This document shows, in pieces, positions 25,390-39,740 of a DNA stretch of 64,000 nucleotides. The DNA lies in assembly GCA_951406725.2 (NCBI GenBank), contig OX597835.1:37262001-37326000 (forward strand), given 5' to 3'. The notes below the pieces were generated by a model. That model ran no database searches, was not told the DNA's origin, and saw only the letters and a program-made list of their open reading frames with translations. The position numbers were made by a program, and so were the translations under genes. Position 1 is the first letter of the stretch. Each line of letters starts with the position of its first letter. The DNA comes from Octopus vulgaris (Eukaryota).

Positions 25390-25537
25390 ATGTGTATATA
25401 TATATATATGTATGTATGTGTATATATATATGTATGTATGTGTATATATATATGTATGTATGGATGTGTGTTATATATATATATATATGTATGTGTATAT
25501 ATATATATCTGTATATATATATATATGTATCTGTATA

Positions 25538-25591
<54 letters not shown>

Positions 25592-25662
25592 ATATATATA
25601 TGTATGTATGTGTATGTATATATATATATGTATATGTGTATATATATATATATATATCTATG

Positions 25663-25750
<88 letters not shown>

Positions 25751-25836
25751 GACACACATATACATAAAAGTATTTATAAATGTATGTCAGTGTGTTTGTG
25801 TGGTTATGCTATATATATCATTATATATCACATATG

Positions 25837-25870
<34 letters not shown>

Positions 25871-25950
25871 TTACATACATACATATACGCATATAGATAC
25901 GCATGTACATATGCATATGCTTCTAGCTATGTATGAATATATATATATAT
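24115..25950. repeat. Compound (TA)n/(TATG)n/(CA)n/(TATC)n microsatellite blocks
   Basis: Direct inspection. Similar blocks at 21220-21655, 30080-30520, 32600-32890, 33900-34670, 42540-42900 and 49560-50700. Confidence 0.9.
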
Positions 25951-26231
25951 GCATCCATGAATGAAAATATATCGAGATATCTGTGTAAATACTGAAAGGA
26001 AGTAACCATTTAAAAACAATCTACTTTTGATATGATATGACCCACTCACAATGATATAGAAAAACTGCATCCAAAATTTAAGTGAATCCTCTTCATTTAA
26101 CACTTCATCTCCATCCCTCTCTCTCTCAGACATTCACACACTGACATATGTATTGATATATATATATATATATATTTGTATATAAATAATATACATGCAC
26201 ACATATATATATATATATGTGTATGTATGTA

Positions 26232-26407
26232 CTGGAGTAAGCACATAAATGTGAAACAAGGTGGAAAAAAAGAGTACACAAATACCAGAGGTAGAGTAAT
26301 ATGCTTTTATTTAAAAGCAGCAGAAATATAACAAAATCTGTTACTCAGAGTTTCACATTCCCATCTAACGAACAGGAACGTGAAACTCTGAGTAACAGCT
26401 TTGGTTA
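26232..26407. mobile_element. Short fold-back hammerhead-family cassette
   Basis: Same start as 7068/49286; arms CTGTTACTCAGAGTTTCAC / GTGAAACTCTGAGTAACAG. Confidence 0.75.
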
Positions 26408-26410
26408 TAT

Positions 26411-26451
<41 letters not shown>

Positions 26452-26589
26452 TATATAATACACATACATGTATATACATATATTTATATATAAATAATAT
26501 ACATATGTATATATTTATATATAAATATAATATACCTATAAATATCTGTATGTATGTATGTATGTATCTATATATGTATATATGCATAA

Positions 26590-26971
26590 TTACTTGTTTC
26601 AATCAGCACTGCCTTTAGTTGAGCAATTCGACCCCAGGACTTATTCTTTGTAAGCCTAGTACTTATTCTATTGGTCTCTTTTGACGAACCGCTAAGTTAC
26701 GGGGACGTAAACACACCAGCATCGGTTGTCAAGCGATGTTGGGTGAGGAGGACAAACACAGGCACACAAACATATACACACACACATATATAAATATATA
26801 CATATATACAACGGGCTTCTTTCAGTTTCCGTCTACCAAATCCACTCACAAGGCTTTGGTTGGCCCGAGGCTATAGTAGAAGACACTTGCCCAAGGTTCC
26901 ACGGAGTGGGACTGAACTCGGAACCATGTGGTTGGTAAGCAAGCTACTTACCACACAGCCACTCCTGCGCC

Positions 26972-26972
<1 letters not shown>
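26590..26972 (-). mobile_element. SINE family A
   Basis: Near-full reverse copy. Confidence 0.9.
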
Positions 26973-27003
<31 letters not shown>

Positions 27004-27689
27004 TAGTGAAAGGAATGCAGAGAACATAACCTGCATTTTATGCTTGTATGACATTATGCACTTGTTTCAGTAAACTGATTGCTGCTATTACATAAGCTGG
27101 TTGGCATTTACCTCATTTCATCAGTATTATTAACAAAAATACAACATAATGGAAAACTTGCATGAACTGTGTTGTTCTGTGCAATAGGGCCTGTGGGCAT
27201 ATATTATAACAGAGGTTGGCCCACTCAGTATTTTATAATCTATCTGTTATTAGATATAAATTATTAGTTATAAAATATTGATGATGTTTTCTGTGCTTTT
27301 TCCCTACATGGCTGTGTAGATTCCACACACTAGCTTATCTAGAGTAAGGGTAGTAATTATTAAACCATGTTGATTAAACGAGTGTGTAGTATTTCTCTCA
27401 TGTTCAAGTGATTTGGTAATGTGCTATGCACTGCCATGAGCACATCTGTTATTGTGTACAGTATATAATATTCTTTTATTCTTTTACTTTCTCCAGTCAT
27501 TTGACTGCAGGCAGGCTGGAGCACCACCTTAAATGGTTTTATAGCTGAAGAAATTGACCCTATTACTTGTTCTTTGTAAGCCTAGTACTTATGCTATTGG
27601 TTTCTTCACCAAACCGCTGGATTACAGGAACATAAACACATTATCAGTGGGTGGGACAAACAGACACACAGACATTAATACACACACAT

Positions 27690-28702
27690 TTAATAGTATT
27701 TTAGAATTTTTTAATGGAATTAAAAAGTTATTTTTATGCATTTGTGTACATTTAAACTAATTAAATATTATTTTACAGAATAATAGAATTAAAATTTCTT
27801 TGATTAAAATCCTTTCTAACATGGAAGTATCCAAAGAGCATTTGAGGCACATAATGCTTTATGAGTACAAAAAAGGAAACTCTGCAGCTGAAGTGACTCA
27901 AAACATACACTCAGTTTATGGGAAAGAATGCTTGAATGAAAGAACTTGTAGAAGATGGTTTGCAAAATTCAGAAGTCGAGATTTCAGCCTTGAAGATGAA
28001 GATCGAACAGGATGTCCAGTTGAGTTTGATGATAAGCTTCTTGAAGCATTACTTGAAGAAAATCCTGCATTATCAGTTGAAGAATTGGCAATAAAGCTTA
28101 GTTCAAACCATGCATCTGTTCATCGTCATCTTCAACAGCTTGGAAAGTTTCCTAAACTTGGAAAATGGGTGCCTCATGAATTATCCGGATTGCAAAGGAG
28201 TAATTCACTTTGAATTGTTAACACCTAATGCAGCAATCAATGCTCAAGTCTACTGTCAGTAATTAGAGCATTTGAACCAAGCTTTGAAGAAAAAAAGACC
28301 CACTTTAGTGAATTGAAAACGAGCAATGTTCCATCAGTACAATGCGCGACCCTACACTGCAAAGATCACAGAAGATCGAAGAGCTTGGTTGGGAAAAATT
28401 CCTTATCCACTTTATTTTCCCGACCTTGCTCCTTCAGACAACCATTTGTTTCGTAGTTTACGGAATCATTTGGCGGACATAACTTTCACAAGTCAGGAGG
28501 AAGTCGAAACTGACATTTCCGAGTTCTTTGCTTTGAAACCAAAAGAGTTTTACATTGATGGGATTTAAAAGCTTGTAAATAGATTGAAAGAAGTCATAGA
28601 TAATCAGAGAAAGTACATTGATGATTAAATTTCAATTAAATATAACACTTGATCACTTATTTTCTTTATTCAAAATTTGGACAGAACTTATGGGATGACC
28701 TT
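27690..28702 (+). mobile_element. Internally deleted mariner (cecropia/Hsmar1-like) transposon
   Basis: MEVSKEHLRHIMLYEYKKG...RRWFAKF...GKWVPHELS joins directly to DCKGVIHFELL; later NARP and PDLAPSDNHLF. Right end ...CTTATGGGATGACCTTA; left TIR not seen. Confidence 0.9.
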
Positions 28703-28864
28703 ATATATATATCATCATCCCTTAATTTTCGCTTTGGACTGTTTGGACTGGCACGGGTTGGACTGTTTGACAGGAGCTGAAATATACAGAAAAACAAAAG
28801 ATGAAGACAGGTGTAGGAACAACAAGCGAGTGTATTAGTTTGATGCTCAGGAAGATGAGAAAGT

Positions 28865-28900
28865 CTTTTACATTTCGAGCTTGCGCTCTTCAACAGGAAG
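28865..28900 (-). ncRNA. Variant minimal hammerhead motif (A6U)
   Basis: CTTC-CTGTTGA-A-GAGC(GCAA)GCTC-GAAA-TG-TA-AAAG. Confidence 0.5.
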
Positions 28901-29224
28901 GAATATGAAGAAATAAACAGAGAGAGAATAAAAATAAACTTGTGGATTTAGTGATCAATCATGGCGACTGGTATTTATATGTATTTATAGTTTATGATAT
29001 ATAAATATGCATATGTATTGACATACACACACACCTGTATGTATATATGTATGATTGTATGTATGTACGTATATATTTATAGACATTATTTTGTGAACTC
29101 TCCTAGTGTAGATGTAGTGGGAGTTTGGCAATTTTTCGTTGGACAACCTGTAAACATGATTTGTTTGTAGTGATTACCTTGCTAGAAAAAAAGCAATGCA
29201 TTATCTCACACCCACCATCAAATT

Positions 29225-29925
29225 GACATTACCTGTACAGGTGCACGATGCGCCACACGTCAGATGTTGAAGTGATTATCAAGCAATGTAACAACATGAA
29301 ATGGAGTGTTTTGCTCAAGAACACATTGCACTGCTTGATGCAAGAATTGAAACCATGATGTTGGTGCCACAAGTGCAACACCCTAACCACTAGGCTACAC
29401 ATCTTCACAACATACTCATACATAGAGACCTAGGGTAAAAACCTCCTTCGGTCATGAATAACCAGAGGATTACACCTAAAAGGTTACCCTCTGAGGTAAG
29501 GTTGTTTTATGGAAGACAAACAGTCGCTCATGCATATCAGCCTCCTATCTCCACACCATTATATGTACTTAGGGTAAAGGGTAAAGACCCCCCCCACCGG
29601 TCATGACTGAACATGGGATTGCACTTAGAAAGTTACCCTCCAAGGCACAAGTCCAAGCAAGGTTGTTTTAAGGATGATCAGTAGTCGCCCATGCATACCA
29701 GCCCCTACTTTCCCTGCCACTGATGTTATCCAAAGGAAAAGCAAAGATTGATACAGTTCTTGGCACCAGTGATGTTGCAACTCATTTCTACAGCTGAGTG
29801 AACTGGAGCAACGTGAAATAAGTGTCTTACTTAAAAACACAACACACAGCCCGATCTGGGAATTGAACTCACCACCTCCTGATTATGAGCCTGACATTCT
29901 AACCATTGAGCCATAGGCCTTCAGA
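29225..29925 (-). mobile_element. SINE family D copies (tRNA head, CORE/V-like body)
   Basis: Similar to 53415-53750; CTTGAGCAA.ACACT...CACTCAGCTGTAGAAATGAG on minus. Confidence 0.8.
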
Positions 29926-31638
29926 GACCTATTTAACTGTTTATTCAAGTATGCATATATGTAGTTCTGTGTAGGTGATATTTATACGATTTACTGGTCT
30001 TTGTGTTTCAGGATTTCTGTGTCTGAATATTCATTTAAATCGTTTGATTTCAGTGTTGCTTTCAATGTACACCCATGTGGGTGTGTGTATGTGTGTGTGT
30101 TGTGTTGGCTGTGTTTGTTGAAACATATACCCGTCTATGTAAATATGTGTATGTGTGTGTGTATGTGCATGTGTATGTGTGTATGTCAGTGTGCATGTGT
30201 GTAAATGCATATGTATGAGTATGTAAAGGTGTGTGTATGTCTGTATGTGTTTGTGTGTGCATGTGAGCATACATGTGTGTGTGTATATGTATGTGTGTGT
30301 TTGCATGTATGTGCATGGGTGTATGTTGATGTGTGTGCAAATGTATGTCTGTCTGTGTGTGTGAATGTCTGTCTCGTGAAATCAACAGTGATATATGGGT
30401 GTGCATGTGTGTGTGTGTGCGCATGTACATGTGTGTGTACAAACGGGTATTTGTATGTGTGTGTATGTGTGCGTGCAAATGTATGTGAGTGTGTGTGTGT
30501 GTGTGTGAGTGTGTGTGAATGTGCTGTCTGTTGAAATGGTTGGATGGCAACAAGTGTGTGAATTTATTAAAAGAAAATTAAATGGGGGAATCGTGTTTTT
30601 ACCATTTCTGGGTTTTTGAAAAACAAACTATTTTAGGGGGTAAATAATTCAATTGATTAGATTACGATATGTTAATGGATTTGGGAAAAGGTCAGGAGAT
30701 TGCTACACAGGGGAGGTCACTCAAACGTTATTACTAATTACGGCAAAAAAATATTACTTGAAGAGGGAAGAGAAAATGTCATGTTTTGTTTGGATTCCAT
30801 ACAACTGCTTTTAGTATGCTGATATTGTATTTAAATAGATATCTCCTCTTGTGAGGGCATGAATATATTAATCTTGTTTGTTTATTCAAAGTTTTGGTTT
30901 GCCGTTTCAGGATTTGTAACCTTTTGAAGGTGAAAAGGCCATAGAAAGCATTTGATTATGTATAAACTGATTCTTTATCTAAGAGTTTTGTATTGAAGAA
31001 TATGGGCATATCATTTCTGAAAGACCAAACACAGTGTCCAATTTTTGCAAAGTTTTAAATGTATAATTATGTTGGTAGAGTCTATTTTTAAATTCATTTG
31101 CAATTATTCTGGGATGATCACGATCATCGTCATTTAATGTCCGTTTTCCATGTTGCCATGGGTTGTTATCATTTGAGAAGGATCTGATGAGCTGCTGCGC
31201 TGTGTTTGGCCTCAATATCAGTTTTCGGCTTGGTTTCTATAGCTGGAAGCCCTTCATAGCACCAGCCACATTACAGGGGACACTGAATGCTTTTTCTTTC
31301 ATGTCATCAACACATGTAACTTAGACAGGAAAGGAAAAGGAAAAAAGCCCCCTTGACAAAAAGGAAGTGCATGTGAGCATTCGAAAGGGGAGAGATGGCT
31401 TTGTGCCAGGCTAAAGTGCACCCGCGAGGTGCAGGTACACAGTGGATTGAAACGATTGCAGTGAATAAAGTGTCTCATCATGAATTTTCCTTTCTTCCTC
31501 TCATATTTATGTGTGTGTGTGTGTGTGTGTGTTATGGTTTGAGAAGGATTTGATGAGCTGCTGTGCTGTGCTTGGCCTCAATGTCAGTTTTGGCATGGTT
31601 TCTATAGCTTGAAGCCCTTCATAGCACCAGCCACATTA

Positions 31639-32005
31639 TCTCTCTATATATAAACGGCAAAATGTCTGTCTGTGTGTGTGTCCTTTATACAAATCCACAA
31701 TTTTTCAGTTAGAGGGCTCGCACTTTCTATGGTCATTCAAAACCACCCAAGGGTGGTCGTGCACATCTTTACATTTCCCCAGTCACCCAGCAAAGCCATT
31801 AAAAAATCAATAGAAGTGACTTTTATGTGAATTTTCTATCCAAAACCCAATCAAAATGTCCAAAACTTGATACGCCAATTGAATGCCAGCTAGCTGTATG
31901 TGATTGGTCGGAGATTTGGACAGTACTCACGTGTATGTGCACACGCATGCAGCTGTATATGCATGCACTAACACTATGACCTGGCGTTGTCGGGTCATAG
32001 TGCTA

Positions 32006-32006
<1 letters not shown>
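31639..32006 (+). mobile_element. Non-autonomous Helitron
   Basis: A|TCTCTCTATATATAAA 5' end, (TCTG/TG)n near the 5' end, 3' hairpin CACTATGACC..GGTCATAGTG then CTAG|T; no TSD. Confidence 0.85.
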
Positions 32007-32046
<40 letters not shown>

Positions 32047-32339
32047 CATTTTTATATTTTTATATTGTAAGTTTGGTTTGATACCGTATATGAATTTTGA
32101 TAAAGGAATTTGACCAATGAAAATCTGTCCTCCACTTTACTTTATGTTTTTTATATATATGTGTGTGTGGCAAATGATAGATGGAATGCACAAGAATTTA
32201 TTAATCAAATTATGACAATTTTTTAGACACATCTAGCATATATATATATATATATATAAACTTAGATATATTTCAACCTAAGATTGGCCCAGGCCATGTC
32301 TAACTTAATAGCACCACCTGACAGGATTTGCTAAATCAT

Positions 32340-32598
32340 TTTTAAGCCAGGTTTTGTGGTATCATGTCCCGTGGGTGAGTTGTATTCAGGTATATGTGGC
32401 TTATCTGGTTTCTTTTGAAGAAATTTATCCAGATTCTGATAAAAGGTAATGGGATCTTTTCTTCATCGATTTTTTGGGGGACATTGTTAAATAGGGCAGG
32501 GCCTGTTGAGGAAAAGAATTGTATTGCAATGTATTTAGGTGTTGTGATTCTGAATTGTGTTGGGGACATATGGCATATGGTCCTAGCTTTGGATGAAT
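32340..32598 (-). mobile_element. CR1/L2-group LINE C-terminal fragment
   Basis: HPKLGPYA...TLQYNSF / [13 protein letters not shown]...LDKFL..PD.P-type terminus, frameshifted. Confidence 0.55.
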
Positions 32599-32667
32599 AC
32601 ACACACAAACACACACAAACACACACACACAAACACACACACATATATATATATAAATCTCTCTCTC

Positions 32668-32708
<41 letters not shown>

Positions 32709-32806
32709 TTATGTGTATATAATTTATAAATGTGTGTTTATATATGTATATATGTGTGTATATATATGTATATATACACACACACAGATATATATATATG
32801 TACATA

Positions 32807-32850
<44 letters not shown>

Positions 32851-33179
32851 CATACACACACACATATATATATATACATACACACACAACATAGTTATAA
32901 TCTACTGTCTAAAATTAGTAATATGAAATTAAAATGTATATACAAATACATGAAAGACAGGGAGAAAGATAGATAGAGAGAGAGACATATCGATAGATAG
33001 ATAGATAGATAGGCATTCAGAAAGACAGAGAGAGGTTGGGAAGATTGATGGGGAGTGTTAGCATAGTTAATATACCACTGTTATCTGTCTGGTCAAATAG
33101 AAATAGTTATAAGCTCTGTGATGAATAAAGTTCAGTTGTAGACTACCAGGCCATGCAGACAAACAGACACACATGCATT

Positions 33180-33226
<47 letters not shown>

Positions 33227-33577
33227 CAACCATGCATTTGATATTCAATTGTTTTATCATCAATAAAAAGAAATAATAATTTCCATATTTAGAATATATA
33301 ATGACATTTTTCACAGACAGAAATGAATTCTGCCATGATTGATACTAAATAATAACATACAGGCATATATATACATATACATGCACATATGTGTATATCC
33401 ATATACATATACACATATATATATATGCATATGTGTGTGTGTTTATATATATATATATATAGAGAGAGAGAGATAGATAGGTAGGTAGACAGATAGATAT
33501 GTATTATTCTAATGTAATACCAAACTTCACTATTTATATAAAGAAGAGGATATTGTAAGGCATCACAACATGTGTGA

Positions 33578-33615
<38 letters not shown>

Positions 33616-33789
33616 ACTCACACATGTTGTGATGCGTGACAATATCCTCTTCTTTATATATATTTGTGTACTTATATATATATATATATATATAGTAAAT
33701 CCAAACAAGAAAACACAAAAAAACACAGCAACGCGAGGACGTGGAACAAATAAAGTATTATTGGACACACAGGAAAGAAGGGAAGGAGG

Positions 33790-33824
33790 GTTTAACATTT
33801 TGAGTGGAGCTCTTCGTCGGAAAC
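33790..33824 (-). ncRNA. Decayed variant hammerhead (U4C core) in a ~210-bp insert (33692-33900) within (TA)n
   Basis: GTTT-CCGACGA-A-GAG(CTCCA)CTC-AAAA-TGTTA-AAC; G12 lost in a CpG-type change. Confidence 0.5.
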
Positions 33825-33925
33825 AAAGGAGAAGGAAAGATCCCGAGAAGGGAAGACAGAGGAAAAAAATTGCTGGCGGTGCTCACGAGGTCACACGTGT
33901 ATATATATATATATAATATATATTT

Positions 33926-33958
<33 letters not shown>

Positions 33959-33963
33959 GTATG

Positions 33964-34000
<37 letters not shown>

Positions 34001-34005
34001 GTATG

Positions 34006-34084
<79 letters not shown>

Positions 34085-34086
<2 letters not shown>

Positions 34087-34498
34087 CTCTTTTATTTGTT
34101 TCAGTCATTTGACTGCGGTCATGCTGGAGCACCGCCTTTAGTCGATCAAATTGACCCCGGGACTTATTCTTTGTAAGCCCAGTACTTATTCTATCGGTCT
34201 CTTTTTACCGAACCGCTAAGTGACGGGGACGTAAACACACCAGCATTGGTTGTCAAGCAATGCTAGGGGGACAAACACAAACACACACACATACATATAT
34301 ATACATATATACGACAGGCTTCTTTCAGTTTCCGTCTACCAAATCCACTCACAAGGCATTGGTCGGCCCGGGACTATAGCAGAAGACACTTGCCCAAGAT
34401 GCCACGCAGTGGGACTGAACCCGGAACCATGTGGTTGGTTAGCAAGCTACTTACCACACAGCCACTCCTGCGCCTATGTATATATATATATGTATATA

Positions 34499-34571
<73 letters not shown>

Positions 34572-34874
34572 GTATATATATATATGTATATATATATGTA
34601 TGTATATGTATATATATATACATATTATATATATACATATATACACAAATATATATATATATATATATATATTCTTTTATTTGTTTCAGTCATTTGATTG
34701 TGGTCATGCTGGAGCACCGCCTTTAGTCAGGCGAATCGACCTCAAGACTTATTCTTTGTAAGCCTAGTACTTATTATATCAGTCTCTTTTGCCAAACCGC
34801 TAAGATACAGAGACATAAACAAACCAGCATTGGCTGTCAAGTGATATTGGGGGGTCAGACACAGACATATAGAT

Positions 34875-34940
<66 letters not shown>

Positions 34941-35100
34941 CGGACCTTTTTCAGTTTCCATCTACCAAATCCACTCACAAGGCTTTGGTTTGCCTGAGGT
35001 TATAACAGAAGACACTTGCCCAAGGTGCCATGCAGTGGGACTGAATCTAGAACCATGTGGTTGGTCAGCAAGCTATTTACCACACAACCACTCCTGCCTC
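34085..35100 (-). mobile_element. Two tandem SINE A copies
   Basis: Copies at 34085-34475 and 34670-35100. Confidence 0.9.
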
Positions 35101-35145
35101 CATATATGACCATTCCTAAATACAACAATATATAAGATATATACA

Positions 35146-35189
<44 letters not shown>

Positions 35190-36168
35190 CATACATGAAA
35201 GGTTGTATTCTTTAGCATCGTTGATGCAACTGGATGCAGAATACGAAACAGCTGTCAACAAATGGTATAGCTATTTCTTCTTTTACTTCTCTAAATTTTG
35301 GTTAATGGTTATATACACTGCACCATTGTGATTCCTGGAATTTTGGAAGGGTGGCAACATTAAAAAACCCTAATCTCAACTGGTGCCTTCTTTGATAGCC
35401 AGACACCTGATGTAGAACTTACTATGAGCTGTGTTTGATTATTTGAATATCAATTTTTGTAGTATACATAACATCTGTATACAAATCTATAACAAATAGC
35501 TTTGTTGGAAATATTTTAGTTAGAATTTGACACTTTTCAGCTAATGAAATAAATTTTTATGATAAAACTGCTTCTTATCAAGATGCTTCAAGGCAATGTG
35601 ATTATGATGAGAAAATAAAATATATCTGTAATACTAAACTTAAAAAATGATACTTAACCAGATTATCATTCCAAAGTATTATTATTACAACTTCTGTTAT
35701 TACTTCTAATTATAAAATTAAAAATTTTAACAATACAAACAAGTTGTCTACCTCAATAATTAACAATAGGTAATTTAATAATGACAATTTTCCACGTAAA
35801 TTGCTTAATAATTCTTTTTCTAATAATTTCAATAAAATTGTACCTGTGAAATTGAATGATCCAATTAGCAAATCACTTATTTGTAAATTAAAGTTTCTGT
35901 TGATTAATATCATAAATGTAACTAATAATTATAAATAAAACACAACTAATCAATAAAAAATAATTTGTCCTAATTTTAATTCAAGGTTAGCAATTTTGAG
36001 GAAAAAGGGACAAATTGATTACATGAACCCCATTACTTAGCTGGTACTATATTTTATTGATCCGCAAATGAATGAAATGTGAAGTCCACCTTGGTTGGAT
36101 TTGAGCTCAGAATGAAGAGAGCATTTTGTGAGATGTACTAAGGATCTTGCCAGTTTGCCACCTTAATC

Positions 36169-36206
<38 letters not shown>

Positions 36207-36210
36207 TAAT

Positions 36211-36680
36211 CATCGATATAAACGTATCTGTCAAGACCTACCAAAAACTGAGCAAATATAAAGATCTTGAAATAGAAATCAGCAAAATGTGGAACTGAAG
36301 ATTAAAACCATATCTGTTGTCATAGGTGCCCTAGAAATGATAGCAAAAGGGGCTGATTGCTACCTAACTCAGATACCAGGAAACCCAAAAATGGCAGAAA
36401 TTCAAAAGATAGTACTCATGAGAACTGCTCATATCCTACGCAAAATACTTTGTATGTAATCTTAGGGTTTAAAATAAACATAATTTTCTTTCTTTTTTTC
36501 TCCTTTCTTTTTCTTTTTCTTTTTTTTTTCGACATTCACTAGTACAACACCAAAAAAAAAAAAACCTAAATATATGGCACACTAGGCATAACAACCTGAA
36601 CTTCCAACCTGTTGTCTCTTGAGGTCTCTGGGTGAGACTTGGAGCCAACTTGTACGAATATAAAGCAAAAGTCAAACATA
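36211..36680 (+). mobile_element. R4/Dong-type RLE non-LTR retrotransposon 3' end flanked by (AAT)n
   Basis: KLSKYKDLEIEISKMWN / KTISVVIGALEMI...EIQKIVLMRTAHILRKIL*; (AAT)n at 36170-36210 and 36680-36720. Confidence 0.85.
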
Positions 36681-36774
36681 TAATAATAATAATAATAATA
36701 ATAATGATAATAATAATAATAACAACATCGAAAAATATCTTAGGAATGAGAAACCAGGTTCAAAATTTCCCCAA

Positions 36775-36820
36775 GACACCTGATGAAGGCTGGAGGGTAT
36801 ATCAGCCGAAATGTTGTGTT
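36775..36820 (+). ncRNA. Minimal hammerhead ribozyme type I
   Basis: GACAC-CTGATGA-A-GGCTG(GAGGGTATAT)CAGCC-GAAA-TG-TT-GTGTT. Confidence 0.8.
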
Positions 36821-36939
36821 AGCAACAAACAAGATCAGGACAAATATCCGTCAAATGTAAATAATGTAAATATAGAACTGTATTAAGTGTGGAGTTTACA
36901 CATAATGAAACGATAAAAAAAAAATGAAAGAAAGAGAGA

Positions 36940-37110
36940 AAGTCGATTACATCGACCCCAGTGCGTAACTGGTACTTATTTAATCGACCCCGAAAGGATG
37001 AAAGGCAAAGTCGACCTTGGTGGAATTTGAACTCAGAACGTAACGGCAGACGAAATACGGCTACACATTTCGCCTGGCGTGCTAACGTTTCTGCCAGCTC
37101 ACCGCCTTAC
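36940..37110 (-). mobile_element. SINE family B
   Basis: Well-conserved reverse copy. Confidence 0.9.
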
Positions 37111-38510
37111 CTTCCTGATACAGGAAGGCCTCTAGGGATAATCAAGGAAACCCACCGTCCAAGATTTCCCTGAAACCGCATGAGTAAGTGCCCTCTCCAA
37201 TTCCTTCTCTCTGACTCACAGGTCTACACTTAGAGAAGTACCATCCACTCTTGCCATTTTCGCAACTTTCACTCACCTTTCAATAAACTAACTCGAGGTC
37301 AACACTTCCCTCTCTACTTTCAATTTCATTTTCCAATGAAACTTGAAGTCATTGAGAGCTCTACCAAAGAGGAATGTATCTGTCCTCATGCTTTTCAGGC
37401 TTGTCCACCAAACAACCTCTTTCACCACAGCCACCAGGCAAGGAAAATTGCCGTGCCTGCCCAATTGAAGGAGGGCAGTGGTGAGATCATCACTACAGAT
37501 TTGGCCAACAGATGGATATGTTCCACACATGACAGCAGCTGTTCAACATAACCTCACAAGTCACACTGAGGGCATGCAGAATGGTTTTGTTGCTCTGCGT
37601 GCACCTTGGACAAGCCCCTCTGTCAGCACATCTATGCCTGTAGAGCTTATCTTGAACTGGTAGCACTGCCAGGCCAAGGACATCTGGAAATTATCCATGA
37701 TAGTTATTAGAAAGTCCTGAACAGACTAGCCAGTTCATTTTCGTCAGCACTCAGAACTTCCTCAAAACATCGTCGCACTTCCCCACCAATAATCTTCTTT
37801 AAGATCCGCTGATCCCATTGCTTGACTGGTGGAGGGCTGTGAGTGCCTGATGACATTCTAGGTGTCAGGGACCCAGTCTCAGTCATTTCTTCACCAGGAC
37901 TGCAGCTCTGTCAAGGAGATGAGCTGTAGAAAGACAACCCTCGCAAATGGAGCCCACACACACTCTCCATCCAGAAATCATTGCAGGTGGCGTAATGTAA
38001 GAGCACATCTGTGCATTAGGATCCACAGCATGCCTAATCTGTCACTCAGTTGACGCTGGCAACAGACTGACCACCTGACCATTGCAAAGTGTCCCTTCTA
38101 CAAGAATTTAAATGAGAGATGCTCCAGCCTGGTCAAGCAGTGACCAGGACAAGACATGACAGTCAGGCAATAAATGATAATGGAGGTGATGTAAGCATTT
38201 GCCACCTCTGCCTGACCTTTAAGGGACAGCGTCCTCTGAGCCCATTTCTGGGTAAGACTGGCCACTCTGTTTGCCACCTCATCCCAGTTCTTATCAACCT
38301 GAAGGACAGTACCAAACCCGGCTCTGAACAGTTTAACTGGTCCATCAGACCAGTGTCTGATGACACCATCCGATGGCATTATCCTGCCTCTCGAGGAGCC
38401 CAATCGCAAACTCACAGATTTGTCAGCATTGATTTTAGCCCCTGCAACTGACTCATATTTGTTTAGGATGGTGTTGGCCATCTCCACTTTGGAGGCGACC
38501 AAACTGGAAC
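37110..38510 (-). mobile_element. Tx1/L1-clade LINE ORF2 C-terminal remnant
   Basis: YESVAGAKINADKS...W..RTLSLKGQAEVANAYI.S...Y; downstream CPRC....TILHAL zf-RVT-like motif; stops and frameshifts. Confidence 0.8.
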
Positions 38511-38795
38511 AACGAAAGAACATGATAAAATGATGGCAAGAAAAGCCCTTACATAGCAAATATTGGGATAAACTACACAGAAAAGAAATAGACAAAGTAA
38601 AATCCCAACAATGGTTGATAAGTTCAGGACTCAAAGCAGGGACTGAACTTATTTTTAATTGCGGCTTAAGATCAAAGCCTCCCCACCAGAAATCACCAGA
38701 AACAACATAATGAAGAAAGATACAATAAGTAATGGCAAAATATGTGGTGATGGAGAAGAAACAATAAATCTGGTTGCCTAGTCCTGGCTAAGAAG

Positions 38796-38832
<37 letters not shown>

Positions 38833-38849
38833 GACATGACAGAGTTGGG

Positions 38850-39695
38850 ACCTATATACACTGGAAGCCATGCCAACACTATGAAATGGCAACAGAAAAA
38901 AAGATGGTAAAGGCATATCTCAGAAAAGGTCTTGGAAAATAACAAGGCAACCATATTATGGGATATACCAATACACACAGATAGAGAAATCAAGGCTAAT
39001 AGACCGGATATAGTTGTCAGAGATCACCAAGAAAAAAATGCCTTCTAATCAATGTATCAATTCCAACAGTTGACAGTGTATCTCTAAAGAAACAGAGAAA
39101 CTCTCAAAGTACAAAGATCTGGAAGTAGAAATAACCCTAATGTGGAGCCTAAAAATAGAAACAATCCCTATAATGAAAGGTGCATTAGGTATGATTAAAA
39201 AGCATTCAGATAAATACATAACCAAACACCAGTTCTTACGAATATGTATAACACATGGAAAACAGCACAGCAAGGCACCACACACATCCTATGTAAAGCA
39301 CTTTCATTGTCATCCTCATCATCATTTAACGTCCGTTTTCCATGCTAGCATGGGTTGGACAGTTCGACTGGGGTTTGGGAAGCCAAGAGGCTGCACCAGG
39401 CTCCAGTCTGATCTGGCAGTGTTTCTACAGCTGGATGCCCTTCCTAATGTCAACCACTCCATGAGTGTAGTGGGTGCCTTTTACGTGCCACCGGCAGAGG
39501 GCCAGAGGGGGCTGGCAAATGGCTGTGAGTGGTTGGTGCTTTTTACGTGTCACTGACACGGACGCCAGTGTCGGTGACATGTAAAATTTTCAATACAGCG
39601 AAAATAAGAGAATCATGACAAACCACAGCACATACTCAAGGCACACAGAGCTGAACTCAGTAATGCAGTGAAAACATGTGATAAAAATAAGACAA

Positions 39696-39740
<45 letters not shown>
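38850..39740 (+). mobile_element. R4/Dong-type RLE fragment interrupted by an RTE tail (39315-39580), ending in (AAT)n
   Basis: EKVLENNKATILWDIPIHTDREIKANRPDIVVRD...EKLSKYKDLEVEITLMWSLKIETIPIMKGALG. Confidence 0.85.

Noticed and set aside
31183-31200. Isolated CTGATGA/CTGAAGA motifs (also ~3185, 18922, 19045, 44419, 53996)
   Set aside because: No stem II closed by GAAA with compatible stems I and III.
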